Positions 11,166-25,021 of a DNA stretch of 64,000 bases are shown in pieces. Under the pieces are notes generated by a model. That model did no database searches. It saw only the letters and a list, made by a program, of their open reading frames with translations, and was not told where the DNA came from. Both the position numbers and the translations under genes were made by a program. How positions within the stretch are numbered: position 1 is the stretch's first letter; each line of letters starts with the position of its first letter. This DNA comes from Octopus vulgaris (lineage: Eukaryota): positions 130,138,001 to 130,202,000 of the forward strand of contig OX597815.1 of assembly GCA_951406725.2 (NCBI GenBank). The letters are read 5' to 3'.

Positions 11166-11470
11166 ACCCATTTGTTAGAATATCATTAATTGTTGATGGC
11201 AAGAAAATTAAAAGAAAGAAATCTTCAGTACAGAGAAGTACATTGTCGCCAGTTTGGAACGAAGCGTTAACTTTCAATGTTCCGGCCGAGATTTTGCCAA
11301 AAGTGGCCCTTGAGTGTTGCGTGTGGGATCATGATATTATAGGCCACGGTGAACTAATTGGAAAGTGTACACTGGGACCAGAGAGGCAAGGAAGTGAACG
11401 CAAACATTGGATGGAACTGCTCAGCTGTCACAGAACATCCACAGCCATGTGGCATAGCTTACACAAGTGA
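11166..11470 (+). CDS. Synaptotagmin-family gene, last coding exon (rest of C2B domain to stop); from memory most like the Syt12/Syt-alpha/Syt-beta-like group
   Basis: Pyrimidine tract and tgcAG acceptor at 11164-11165. Reads (D)PFVRISLIVDGKKIKRKKSSVQRSTLSPVWNEALTFNVP...VWDHDIIGHGELIG...HWMELL...AMWHSLHK then TGA at 11468-11470. Has the polybasic strand, P-x-W-N-E motif, D-x-D loop and terminal WHxL motif of synaptotagmins. Subfamily assignment is unverified. Confidence 0.95.
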
Positions 11471-12094
11471 CTATTGACAGGTCCAGAGAAACTTATTTCC
11501 TTTCTTTTTCTCTATATTGCAAAGAACATTTCTATAAATATTGTTGTGTTTATAATTATTTTTCACTGTCAGTTTTCTATGATAATTATTTGCTTGAAAA
11601 GAAAAAAAATCATTAATGTAGCCAAAAATTGAGATTCTCAACTAAAAACAAAACCAAAAAGAAAAACGGGAGATTAAGTGATTCACAGAGCGTGCGAAAG
11701 AGAGAGAGAAAGATAGAGAGAAAGAGAGAGAGAGAGAGAAAGTGTGTGTGAGAGAGAGAGAGAGGAGTGTGTGTAGAAGAAGAAGATAATGCTGAAGGAG
11801 AGAAATGCTAAACAAAACAAAATGTCTGGATGAATTGCAAAGATTTATCAAGTGCAATTTACTCCAAAATATATTAAATCTGTACATAATCATTTTGCTT
11901 TACTTCGCCACCTATAATACATACATATATAAATATATATAAACATTGTCTAATATTTTGCTTGATATTGTTGTCAATAATATATTTTACCAAACTGTTT
12001 AAAACCAAAATTGCTTTACTGTTTTTTTGTTTTTTTTTAATTATTACTGTTACAAAATTTGGATCCTAAAAGAAACAAAATTAATGAATAACCA

Positions 12095-12100
12095 AATAAA
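12095..12100 (+). promoter_or_regulatory. Candidate polyadenylation signal AATAAA for the synaptotagmin 3' UTR
   Basis: First AATAAA I found after the stop codon, followed by a T-rich stretch. Several more AATAAA occur downstream in AT-rich DNA, so the site actually used is uncertain. Confidence 0.3.
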
Positions 12101-12481
12101 TTCTTTTAGCTTTTAACTAAATTTATTAGACTAATGATTAGCAGAAAAATATATAATTTTATTTTTAAGAAAAACAAAATTATGGAAAAAAAAATATAAA
12201 GCAGTTATAAGATTTCTTTAAGCTAAAAAAATATTGTGCTGATACATAAATCAAAAATTAAGAATAGAGAAGGAGAGTTGATTGAGAATCGAAGCAGGGA
12301 AACGCTGGTTTCTCATTTGATATCTCTGTACATTTACGACTATAACAACGCTTACTTGTAAGCTTAGCTATGCAGTTGAAAAAGTACTCATTTGAATCCT
12401 TATGCATGCCTTTATTTATGTTGTTTTGCTGTTCTTATTACGCTGAGCACTGAAACTTTTCAAATATTAGTTTATTCATTA

Positions 12482-12694
12482 AGGCGGTGATCTGGTAGAA
12501 ACGTTAACACGCCGGGCAAAATGCTTCGTGGCATTTCGTCTGTCTTTACGTTCTGAGTTCAAATTCCGTCGAGGTCGACTTCGCCTTTCATCCTTTCGTG
12601 GTTGATAAATTAAGTACCAGTCGAGCACTGGGGTCGATGTAATCGACTTACCCCCTGCCCCGAAATTGCTAACCTTGCACCAAAATTTGAAATC
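12482..12694 (+). mobile_element. SINE family A
   Basis: aggcggtgatctggtagaaacgtta...gagttcaaattcc...cctttcatcctttcg. Confidence 0.85.
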
Positions 12695-13410
12695 AGTATT
12701 AATTTATTCATATCTACAAAGAAAAAAATCACAATGAAAAAAAAAGGAAATGAAAAAGAAATAAAGAGCAAAATTTGGCTGATTTTGTTTGATTGAATGA
12801 TCCGGCAGTCGCCATTTTCATTGTTAGAATAGTGAGGCAGTATTTGAAACCAATATTTCACGTAACAACTTAAAATGGCAGACTCAAAACATAAATATAC
12901 ACGGAAATACGCATTCAAAAGGATTCAAAATGGACTTTCAAACTGATTGGATATGAATAAGTGTTGAAAATAGAGGTGAATAAATATTATTATAGGTATT
13001 ATACTATAGCAGAAAATAAGTAATGTGATAAAGGAGAAAAGTAGGTTGTCATTTGTAACAACATTCACGTTGATATTATATATCTGCTTTCAAAACAAAA
13101 TTTAAGATTTAATAACCCCTTCAGTTCTATCTTACTGAGTCACAAGAAAGAAAGAAAGTAAAAAATTCAAATTTAAACATAAAACTCTCTTAAAAATTAC
13201 ATGAAAGGAAAAACGATATGAAGGATATTTGAGGGATGTTTAAAAAAATAAATATATAGTTTACACGAGTTGTGATATAAGAAAAAAATAAGAGATATGA
13301 AATAAAAATGTTAAAACTATGACAACTGTAATGTAGACATAAATATATTAGCAGAATATTTTGATTAAAAATATCAAAACATTGGCATAAAATCAGCTCG
13401 TTTCTTTCAT

Positions 13411-13447
<37 letters not shown>

Positions 13448-13699
13448 ATCACTTTTTAAAGTTATCTCAACAGATTTTCTATTGAAATTAGAGCCAGTAC
13501 TGAAAGCTACGACGTATTCGTATACAAAACGTCATAACATTTAGTGCTGGTTCTAATTTCTATAGAAAATATTTAGTGATAACTTTAAAAAGTGATTGAA
13601 TCGCACTGCTAACACAGTTAGGACACAGTATTAACTTATGAGCCTTTAATATACTCGGCAGTATATTATGGTTGCATAACGAAATAGCGTCCCTACCAG

Positions 13700-13749
<50 letters not shown>

Positions 13750-15944
13750 CATGACAGAAACGTGCTGAATACAAACTGACACACACATAATGTATATCTG
13801 TATGTAAATGTATATATACACACATACACGCGTACTTGCATATAATATTATTTCATATCCTTAATGTTATCGCGGGAAAGATGCATCATAGAAGATAGGC
13901 AGCTGTATCAAATACTTCCCGAGCTCTAGGTTAGGTAACTAACATCGGTGCTGCATCACAAAACAGGGAATATATACCTGCGGTGGATTAACGCAGGTAT
14001 ATACTGGTTAGCGTTCTTCTCCAAAGAAATGGAAGAAGTTTGTTTCATACTTACTCACTGTTGTACAGTTCTTGCGAATGTTAATCGCTAATCCTATGTT
14101 ATTAATATAATTTGTGAATATATTTTAATATGCTGGAACTGAGTTATATATATATATAACAGTGTTTTACTTTTGTTATAAGAAAAAAAGAAAAGAAAGA
14201 GACTTTGTAATTGCTTGACACAGTATGTTCTACATGTTTTATATTGAAATCTTTGGGTTAGTATTAATTAAAATTTATTAATGACCTACTACTTCACTTT
14301 TGCCGTTAATGCCCGTTGGAAGGACATGGAAGTCCCCCAAAACTGCATTTCTCTTGTGTGCAGACAAAAGAAAACAAAACTGACCTTAATGAGAAGAAGT
14401 AGGTTGGCCGAAATGGTGAGTCACCAACTTAACTATCCCTTTTGCATGCAGTTGGCGTCACTCTGTAAATTATTCTCTAAACTAAATTTATTTTCTTACG
14501 TCAACTGATAAATGCAATCTTGTAATTTAGTTAGTTATTCTCCTTTCACTGTTTCGGCAAGTATGGTGAAATATATGTTTGCACGTTTTGCAGATAAGGT
14601 CTTAATAAGAGGAAATATACTCGAAGTTGTCTCCCGTACTTGTCGAAATTATTAAAAAACATATGTCATAGAATTTTTTGTTTCTCCCGTACACAATTAT
14701 CTAAAATGTTTAATGTTTAATATATTAATATATGATAACTTCACTGTTGTTTTCATGCAGATGGTGTCCATGCGTTATTCACTTATAACGACAATTAGTT
14801 GCGTTCTGAATTTAAATACTGCCGGAGTCGACTATTTACCATTTCTTTCTTTTACAGGTATTAAAATAAAAACCAAATAGCAATCAATCTGTCAATGTAA
14901 TCGATTATTCTACCAAACGTTACAAAAATCGTGGTCGTCTTTTCTGCCTTTTTGACTAGAATTATTGAGTTGGATCGTTTTTATCACTGAGAATGTAATT
15001 ATAATTCTCTTAAATTTCTTGGTTTACTACGTCATATATTCTAACACCCACTTTAGTATTATGTATGCCGAAGGTTGCTTTCCTCATCATTCTTTGAATT
15101 TATTGCCTCACTCAGTATTCATTCACAAAAACTTATATTATTCCTATCATTCTAAGCTCTTGAAGTTACAGTCAAACCAGGTTTTGTAAATGAGTTTTAA
15201 TAAGTACAAAACATGCTTGAAGTTGTCATCGCATTGCTAAATGTTAGGCACTCCTCCAATTGCATACCATATTTAATTACTTTTAATCAATTACAATTTC
15301 GGGGTTGTCTCCCCTTGAAGTAATCATTTAAATACTAACTATTGTTGTCAAAAAGGATAGATTTTTCGTTAATTAAAGTCTTTTGACATTATAGCGAATA
15401 TGCTAGCGAGCATTTCACTATCACAAAATTTTGCTTTGTCGCTTCTCAAAAAGATTAAAATAAATAAAAAAAATATGTAAAAGACGGGAATCAATATCGA
15501 TATTGATTGTAAAGAACGAAGAATATATCACGCTAATCTAATCATACCTTTGCTGTAACTTACCATTTTAATCTAATATATTGTATCACGATCATCACAA
15601 ACAACCGGTCTTAATGATAGACGAGGAATGCTATAGCAATAAAAAAAATAATAAGCAGTAATTAATTTAGTTCTATTGATCATATAGCTGTGTTGTAAAT
15701 GATCACGATAATGATATATATATGTATATATGTGTGTACATCATTTAATAAATCGGAAACGCTGGGTGTCTTTTCATTATCATAAATGTAAGCGTCTATG
15801 TTAATAATTGGATCCTAGCAAATACACACACACAGACACACACGCGCGCGCACGCACTCACACACATGAAGAAAGGTGCCGAAATCTTGGTGGCTTTCAG
15901 CCGACGTCCAACAGAGTATTCCGCAGTGCAAACTGTATGAATAA

Positions 15945-15965
15945 ATAAATAAATAAATAATAATA

Positions 15966-16055
<90 letters not shown>

Positions 16056-16068
16056 GTAATAATAATAA
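15945..16068. repeat. (TAAA)n/(TAA)n microsatellite
   Basis: Visible directly. Confidence 0.95.
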
Positions 16069-16644
16069 TGGTGATTTCTGTTATTTGCCAAAAGTGTATC
16101 AGATGAGGGGGGCATTACAGTCCATGTTAGGGGTTTATATGAAAGATAATGAGAATGAAAAGGACAATGAAATGAGATAAAAATGTACATCGTATACACA
16201 GTATGTGAACACATGAATGATGCAATACTCCTGATACAGTGGAACATTTAACTGTAGCCACTCAAGGAACCTCACAGATCTACTATGCCTCTGACCACCA
16301 AGGGCACAATCTATAGCTCATCTGATGTTCTTCAGTCAGCAGGTACGTGTTTAGAGTAGATCTATTGCCGCTAACAATTTTTGCCATGTCACCCACCTTT
16401 TGTCAAATTCACTGTTCGAACGCATTTCCCTCTTCCTCCTCATTTTCCTTCCAAGTGGGATTTAAAAAGTCGATGGAGACTTGACCGAAGAGAAAAGTGT
16501 CTAACCTCAATCCTCTTAGCCTCTACAACCACACAACATCACTTGCGATAACCACTAGACAGAGGAACTGTGCCTACCCTGCTTTGTTAACGGTGGGTGG
16601 CGGGGCAATCTCACGATGGACTCGGCGTAGAGTTGGACAGAAGT

Positions 16645-16855
16645 TCTTCCTAATTTTAGCACAAGGGCAGGAATTTTGAGGAGAGGAGGAAGTTGACTGC
16701 ATCGATTCCAGTATTCAATTGGTATTTATTTTACCGACCACGAACGAATAAAAAGCAATGCTGACTTCGACTGCATTTGAACTCACCTTGTAAAGACCCA
16801 GAAGAAATCTTGTAAAGCATTTTTGCACGACTCTCTAATGATTCTACAAGCTCAT
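16645..16855 (-). mobile_element. SINE family A, diverged
   Basis: Degraded match to the family A body. Confidence 0.65.
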
Positions 16856-16869
16856 TAATAATAATCAGT

Positions 16870-17125
16870 GAGGAGCGTGTATTTTAGTGCTTGGGATGTC
16901 AAACCGTCATTTCGTTCTTTCGATTCTCGGAACAGGTGGTGCGTTGTGTCCTTGAGCAAGGCACTTCATTTCACCTTACTTCAGTTCAGTTGAGTGAAAA
17001 TGAGAATGAGCAGTAGCTGAGAGTTAACTCTACAATGAATTGGAGTCCTCTTTAGACGGATTCTTATATTCTGTCGGTCGCTTAAGCTCTTCGGAAACCG
17101 GGATAAGATCCGCTTTAAGAGGGAC
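16870..17125 (+). mobile_element. SINE with D-type head, diverged
   Basis: gcgttgtgtccttgagcaaggcacttcatttcac core. Confidence 0.6.
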
Positions 17126-18499
17126 TTTAATTTCAGGCTTAATAATCAGGTCTGGTGATTTGTTATGTATCCACGAGTAATTTCATTTCTCTATCACCTA
17201 TGATCCATTACCAATGATAAAGCTTAGCAAAGATTTCGCTCGGAAGAAGCGGTAGTAAAATCACCATTCTAGTTAACATTGTTCCTTTGTGTGGTTATGG
17301 TTGATTACTCTACATTAATCCGAAGGGAGCATAGAGCCGGTTTCCAGGTTTCTGTGGCGTAAATATTCCTACCTGGATGGGATACCGGTCCATCGCAGGA
17401 TTACTACTCATTTTTACCATTATTCCATTATGTAGCGAATATAAAGTCTGAGTTGACATTACTTTCCATATTTTATTATCAAGAAAACCAAAGATTTTTT
17501 TATGGTGCTGTCGATAAGACCTGTTTCCTGAATAGCTATTGACGTGGCGCCTATGTAAGAAAAATAGTGATTACGAGGAACTATATGCAGTGAATAAGCA
17601 GAAGATATAATTGAACAAACTGAATGTGCTATGCACAGACTCATACACACATACTAATACGCCCACACGTGCGTGCGCACACACACACACTGATGCACAT
17701 GTAAAACATGTGGCCACTATTTCTGCAAAACGCGTTACATACATCGAGAACACCAACATTATATATGTGCTCTTTCGCTTACACGAACACAAATGCACAC
17801 GCACACCCAAACACACACACACACACACACATCCACACATTCACGCGCATAGTGTGTGGGCAGTATCTGTTCCGACTTCGCCTCTATCCCCTACGGTGTC
17901 AATTAGATTGAATAACAGTTATACACACTGAATTAGGTCTATTGCATTTTTTGGGCATATTTCACTTCAACAAATATTAACCTTCTTACTAAGGAAATAC
18001 ATTTAATGGTCTTCATGATGGCGATGACAATAAAGGGATGGAGGCAGCGAATATCTAAGAATTGAAGAAAGAAGGGGCCGCGGTGGGGAAAATATTGACT
18101 TAGGTTTGATATAAGATATATATAATATAGTTTCACATTGGTACATATATATTTGTGGGTTGATATATAATATATAATATATATGTATATGTATATATAT
18201 ATGTGTGCGCGTGTGTGTATGTGTGTGTGTGTATGTATATATATATATGTGTATGTGTATGTATGTATGTATATACATATATATACACACACAGATATAT
18301 CTGTATGTATGTGTATGTATATATATGTATGTTTGGGTGAGTGGATTGATATAAACATAGACAGTTATATACATTTATGTGGCTATAAATTCGACAGTAA
18401 GGGAATTAGATTAAATCAACCCCAGGCAACAGCTGGTATTTATTTTAAATATTTTAAACAACCCTGAAGAAAGCAACAAAAAATGATAAAATTTGTAAT

Positions 18500-18685
18500 G
18501 AAGGCATAAGGCCATGAATTTTGAGAACTGGTTAGTCGACAATAATTGACTGGTACTTTATTTTATCGACCACGAAAGGATGAAAGGCAAAACTGACCCC
18601 GGCGGGATTTGAACTTAGAATACAAAAAGAACCGGGAGGAATGTTGCTAAGCATTTTGTCCGGTGCTATACTACTTCGTTGCCTT
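18500..18685 (-). mobile_element. SINE family A
   Basis: ttatcgaccacgaaaggatgaaaggcaaa...gggatttgaactt. Confidence 0.75.
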
Positions 18686-18712
18686 AATAATGATAATAAT
18701 AGGAAGAAGACC

Positions 18713-18749
<37 letters not shown>

Positions 18750-18780
18750 GTTGTTGTTGTTGTTGTTATCATCATTATTA

Positions 18781-19020
18781 TGGTGTTGAGCTGGCAGAAC
18801 CGTTAAGGCGTTGGACAAATCGTTTTGCAGTATTTCTTCCAACTCATTACGTTCTGAGTTCAAATTTCGTCGAGGTCCACTTCGCCTTTTATTCTTTGAG
18901 ATGGCGCTGGTGGTGGGAGGGGGAGAGGGAGAGGTAAAATAAAGTATCAGTCAAGCACTGGAGTCGATGTAATCGATTTGCCCCCTCTCTTAAAAAATTG
19001 CTGTCTTTGTGCCAAAAATT
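18781..19020 (+). mobile_element. SINE family A, head-to-head with the previous copy across (TAT)n
   Basis: gagctggcagaaccgtta...gagttcaaatttcgtcgaggtc. Confidence 0.75.
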
Positions 19021-19596
19021 AAAAGAAAAATTATTGTTGTTGTTGTTTATTATTGTGTAAACATAACGTAAGATAAGCCGATGTTAGAGCTATGAATAAA
19101 GGTAATTATTTTTGTATAACTATGTTCTTTTAGTTTAGTTGCTTTTGTATTTAGTTGTGTCCTATCCTTTCGAGTTCAATAAAAAAAAAACCAAGCATTT
19201 GGGTTAATTTAATCCAACAGCTATCAAACTGACAAGTCCCAACACCTCACCTCCCCACAGAATTGTTAATGAAATTATTTGGCCAACCCTCTATTAATCA
19301 GAAGACGAAATAGAGTTTGCATCCATATAATTCTTATTTTCTTACCATGGTGTTGGGCATGTTTGAAGTTTAAACACATCTTGATTTTTCTGACCATGGC
19401 AATTGTCCGTCTTCTTTCTTGCAATTCACAATTCCCTATCTCTTATTTTGAAAGCGTACTGATTTAATCAACTCAGCTCTACCAGACACTGACCGAGAAT
19501 GGCCATAATTCGTTGACTGAAACTAATAAAATAGGGGAAAGTGGTTATGTGCATTGAATCCAAGACTCTTTATTTCCTGCACTGTTCCATTGTATC

Positions 19597-20124
19597 TACT
19601 TTCTATACCATCAACAAGATTTTGATGCTATTTCTCGATTATCCCTGCTCTTTTAAAGACAGTTCAAAAGTTGAATGTTAATTGAATCATAGTTCGCTAT
19701 TCCAAAGAAATGCTTAGAGAGTAACTCGTGGACAAAAGGGTTAGAGAAAAATAAAGAAGAAAATGGCTGAAGTCACAAGTGATTGTCATTGAAAACTGAC
19801 TGCTTGTAATTGCTTTGTTAGTCTGAATTTTTCGGTTCTAAAATCTAACGTTTCTGCATTGACTTTGTATGCCATGTACAAGACTTAGGTGTTATTTTTT
19901 CGATGATTTCTCCTGCTAGAAAGACAGTCAAAAGTTAGATGACAATTAAATAACAGTTCGGTATTCCAAAAAAATGCTTAGAGATTCACTCAGCGACAAA
20001 AGGATTTAGAGAAAATAATGAAAAAGAAAAAAGGCTGAAATGATAATAGATCGTCAGTGAAATCTTAGTAATTGCTTTGATAGTCTAAAATTTCCGGTTT
20101 AAAAGGTCTAACATTTTCTCATCT
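19597..20124. repeat. Old tandem duplication, two copies of a ~265-bp unit
   Basis: aaagacagt..aaaagtt, tattccaaa.aaatgcttagaga and gtaattgctttg.tagtct recur at ~265-bp spacing. Confidence 0.8.
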
Positions 20125-20301
20125 AGCCGGGAAATGTTTTGTTTCATAATGAATCCATCCCATCCACAGCAGCTATTTTCTGTCTACTTCCTAATATACA
20201 ATGTTGCACATACAACTGGAACATGGAGGTGCATCTGGTGTTTATACAGTAGAAACTTATCTGAAGCTGTTGAAAACACAATAATAATAATAGTAATAAT
20301 A

Positions 20302-20517
20302 ATCCTTTCTACTGTAGGCAGAGGGCCTGAAATTTTGGGTGAGGGGATAAGTCGAATACATCGGCCCCAGTGCGTAACTGGTACTTCTTTTACCGACCCC
20401 TAAAGGATGAAAGATAAAGTCGACCTCTGCGGAATTTGAACTCAGAAGGTAAAGGCGGACGAAATGCCGCTATGCATTTTGCTCGGCGTGCTAACGATTC
20501 TGTCTGCTCATCGCCTT
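20302..20517 (-). mobile_element. SINE family A embedded in (AAT)n
   Basis: Full-length match, flanked by AAT repeats on both sides. Confidence 0.85.
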
Positions 20518-20524
20518 AATAATA

Positions 20525-20594
<70 letters not shown>

Positions 20595-20868
20595 TAATAA
20601 TGATGATGATGATGACAATTTGGTCACGTAACGGTGGAAATTTGGTCAGCATTGACAAGAATCCAACAGAAACATTGTTTCTTTGCTTCGACCCCAAAAT
20701 CGGCTTCAACCACCACCGTTTGACTTGTAATTACTTGTGTAAATAATACACTATAAATTGACCCATAAATTATGAGTAAAATTGGGTTTACGGAAAGTGT
20801 ATAGAATCCCGTCACATTGTTCTGTAAGATATAGTATAAGATGATATATGATACAAAATATAATATAC

Positions 20869-21073
20869 CTTTTCTACTCAGGCATAAGGTCAGGAATTTG
20901 GGGGAAGGGGGCCAGTCGATTAGATCAAGCCCAGTACGCAACTGGTACTTAATTTATCGACTCCAAAAGGATGAAAGAGAGAAATTGACCTCGCTGGAAT
21001 TCGAACTCAGAGAGACAAAATACTGTTAAGCATTTCATCCGGCGTGCTAACGTTCCTGCCAGCACGCTGCCTT
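20869..21073 (-). mobile_element. SINE family A
   Basis: Match to the family A body and head. Confidence 0.75.
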
Positions 21074-21859
21074 TATAGAATATAATATGATATGATATAT
21101 GATATAGAATATAATATAATATATGATAATATATGATACGGAATATAATCTGTAGTTCAAAAGAGCATAGTCTTGTCACACACTGCGGCCCGCTGATTCT
21201 GCCTGAGAATTACGTTAAAGGTATGTGTCAGTTGAATACTTAACGCCATACGTGTTAATTCAGGAGCAGGTAATTCAGTTGATTAAACAATCATCGTCGA
21301 AACCTTTGAAGAACCTTCCCTTTATATATGGATGTACATGTGTGGTGTGCATGTACGTGTGACGTCATCGTTTGTTTTATGCTTAATTTTTATAGAGCTT
21401 AAAATAGGAGTAAAAAAATCCTTTGCTAATGAGAATCACAAGACATAAAAGAAATTTGAACGCCATTAAACAGCACAGTGTTATGGCTAATAGCAACAGT
21501 ACGACCAATGACAGTCAAAAGATTTTCTCAAACTCATCTAGCGTAAAAACTATATCCCGCAGTTTCATCTCAGCGTACTGCATTAGACATGGAATTTATG
21601 TGAGACTAGATTCAAGGCGACACCAGAATGATCTTTTAATGGTTATTATCATTGAAATCAGAGTTAATTGCCGCAAAATGAGAGTTCGTTATCATCATCA
21701 TCATCATCATCATTACTGCGCTTATTGGTTAGTGTGTTAGTGTATGTCTGTATGTGTATTTTAAAGTTTATTATTACAGAAAGCAAATAAGTAAAAACTC
21801 TCTGACAGCCTATCAACCATGATAAAATATCTTATGTAGATATCGATGTATACGTGCAT

Positions 21860-21865
21860 TCATAT

Positions 21866-21898
<33 letters not shown>

Positions 21899-22232
21899 AA
21901 TATATATATATATGTATAGGTGTGTGTGTCTGTGTGTGTATGTATATATGTATATGTATATATATGTATATATATGTATATATATGCATATATATATACA
22001 TATATATATGTATATATGTATATATATGTATATGTGTGTGTGTCTGTGTGTGTATGTATATATGTATATGTATATATATGTATATATATGCATATATATA
22101 TATACATATATATATATGTATATATATTTATGTATATATATATGCATATATATATATACATATATATATATATGTATATGTATGTATATGTATATATATA
22201 TGCGTAAATATATATATATATATATATATATG
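21860..22232. repeat. Compound (TA)/(TG) microsatellite with a ~110-bp higher-order duplication
   Basis: tgtgtgtgtctgtgtgtgtatgtatatatgtatatg... appears at about 21921 and 22037. Confidence 0.85.
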
Positions 22233-22234
22233 TA

Positions 22235-22446
22235 GAGGCGCAATGGCCTAGTGGTTAGGGCAGCGGACTCGCGGTCGCAGGATCGCGGTTTCGATTCTCA
22301 GACCGGGCGTTGTGTGTGTTTATTGAGCGAAAACACCTAAAAGCTCTACGAGGCTCCGGCAGGGGGTGGTGATCCCTGCTGTACTCTTTCACCACAATGG
22401 CGGTGCCCCAGCATGGCCACAGCTCAAGAGCTGAAACTGGAAAAAC

Positions 22447-22472
<26 letters not shown>
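22235..22472 (+). mobile_element. Chimeric SINE: family C head and body, B-type tail, poly(A)
   Basis: gaggcgcaatggcctagtggttaggg...gtactctttcaccacaat joined at 22399 to ggcggtgccccagcatggccacag. About 30 A at 22441-22472. Confidence 0.8.
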
Positions 22473-22525
<53 letters not shown>

Positions 22526-24253
22526 TATATGTATATATATTTGTGTGTATGTAGATATATATATATGTGTGTGTGTGCGTGTGTGTGTGTAGATATATAC
22601 ATGGGGCATATATATTATGTGTATTTTGAAATAGCATAGAATAACCTGTATACTATATATGAAAGATGTAAATAATATATGTACATATATACATGTATGT
22701 ATGCATACAGAGAAAGAGAGATAGGGAGAGAAAGAGAGAGATGGAGAAACAGACAGAGAAAGAGTGAGGGAGAGACAGATATCATTTGCAACGTGATCCA
22801 CAGTGAACAGTGCTTTCGTAAAGTTGTCACTTTGTTATATTGATAGCACTGAATGTGACCGTGGGCAAAACACCTGGGACGCTGTGTGCATACAATGGAT
22901 AAGAACCGCCCACAGTTTCACGTTGTGTGTGTGAGTGCGTGTGCATGTGTCTGTGTGCGTGTGCCTGTATATGTATGTGTGTTTAGTATATTCGTATGCG
23001 TGAGACTGCCTGCATATGTATGTGTGTATGTTACGAGCGCAAACGCACTATCTTAAAGATAGCGTAGTTGGCATTGACACGGTTTTTATTATATGGTAAA
23101 TAATTCTTACATATTTTGTCTGCATTTTTCATCTCAGCTTATATTTCAATTCTTTACTTTCTACTGTCTGTATTCCATCCCTCTGTTTTTCCGTACATAA
23201 TGTATTAGTATTAGATTTTATGCTATTATCTATTAGAATAGACTTTTTGACCCAAACCGTTCCCTTCTAAGTATGTATTGTCACTGTACTATCCCGCTCT
23301 TCTTCCTTGCAAACAAGGTTTGCTTTCAGGCCTCCTAATTTCTCTTACACCTGATCTTGTTCTTTATTTCACTTCTTTGTTTTAGCTTAGATATCGTGCG
23401 TTTTCCCCAGTGCGGATAATTGACATAAAACGCACAAAATATATATTGCATAAATCTATGAAAATATATGTATACGTTAGTGTGTAAGGGCGTGCATGGA
23501 TGTATGTATCTATGTATGTATGAAATACACACACACGCAAACACGCATGCACACACATTAGCGACATCAGGTCTTTGAAAAAAATCGAGGCAGGATTGAC
23601 TCCGCTTGAAGCAACTAACTTACTTGCTTGCTGCTCATGCACTATGCAAAAAGTTTGCTTCTCAGATACACGGTTCCTGATTCTGTCCCACCGCGTAGCT
23701 CCTTGGCCATGTGTCTTTTACTATAGCTCCGAGTTGACCAGAGCCTTGGAAGACGGAAACTGAAAAAAGTCCATCACATACATTATACATGTGAGTGTAT
23801 ATTATACTATATAATTCTATATGGAAAAAAAGTCAAGGTAGAAAATGGTAAAATAATTCTGTAAAAAACATTTCAGTACCGGTTTCAGTCATTGAGATAA
23901 CAATTAAATTTTGGAAAAATTAAATGAAAAGTTTTTTAAAAGAATATTTGCATAGTATTTAATTAAATACAAGGGGCCTTTTCCTTGTTTCTGTCTGTCT
24001 CTGTCTCTCCTGTTTACTCTTGTGGGTACGAGGTCGTTGTATATGTGTATGTGGTGTGTGTGTGGCATATATATACATTATATATATATATGTATGCATG
24101 TATGTGTGTATGTATGTATGTATGTATGTATGTACTGTATCTTTATGGTGTAGTTTTTGTGAGAATCTCATTCTGATGCCTTAGGTTTCTTGTTAATAGA
24201 TCTTTTGTTGAAATTTAGACACGACACCGAGTATATATATATATATTTTTTTT

Positions 24254-24482
24254 TATTTACTACCCACAAGGGGCTAAACACAGAGAGAACAAACAAGGAC
24301 ACAAAAACGGATTAAGTCGATTACATCGACTCCAGTGCGTAACTGGTACTTAATTTATCGACCCCGAAAGGATGAAAGGCAAAGTCGAGCTCGGCGGAAT
24401 TTGAACTCAGAACGTAGCGGCAGACGAAATACGGCTACGCATTTCGCCCGGCGTGCTAACGTTTCTGCTAGCTCGCCGCCTT
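24254..24482 (-). mobile_element. SINE family A, full length, low divergence
   Basis: Near-identical to 9604-9837. Confidence 0.9.
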
Positions 24483-25021
24483 AATATATATATTATTAGT
24501 CTAGATGGTTGTCTTGAAAAGAGAATTAGTATAAAACAGTATATTTAGATTTTGGTGTCGACTACAAATATAATCAAAGCAATGCCTTACCTGAATTGCA
24601 AATGTCACTTAGGTAACAAGTCTAAGGCCCAAGTGGAACATAACCACACTCAACAACACCTACACGTTATTAAATAGTAACTGATGACTGCATAACCAAT
24701 AATTTTCACAGAAAGACAGCTAATAACTGCATCTGGAATAAGGAGTTGCAAAATTAATTTCCGAAAAACGTCATTATGATTTAAACTCAACTCAGTTTCT
24801 TACAATCATAAATAATGTATAATGAATATTGTATCATGTAATGTGTAATATATAATGTAATCAAAGTGCTGCACCCAGTTGTTACATGCTGTGCAATAAA
24901 GCATTGTCTACGTTTTTTCTTTAATATATTTTTTGTTCAAGAGCCATTTTCCATTCGTATTCAGCCTTTGTATTATTTTGGCTTTGTGGGATGCCACATC
25001 GTAAAGCATGCGTTACTTTAA

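Noticed and set aside
16258-16342. Possible plus-strand exon (ctgtAG...cag|GTacgt, open frame PLKEPHRSTM...)
   Set aside because: No polypyrimidine tract, no recognisable protein, and it lies downstream of the gene's stop codon.
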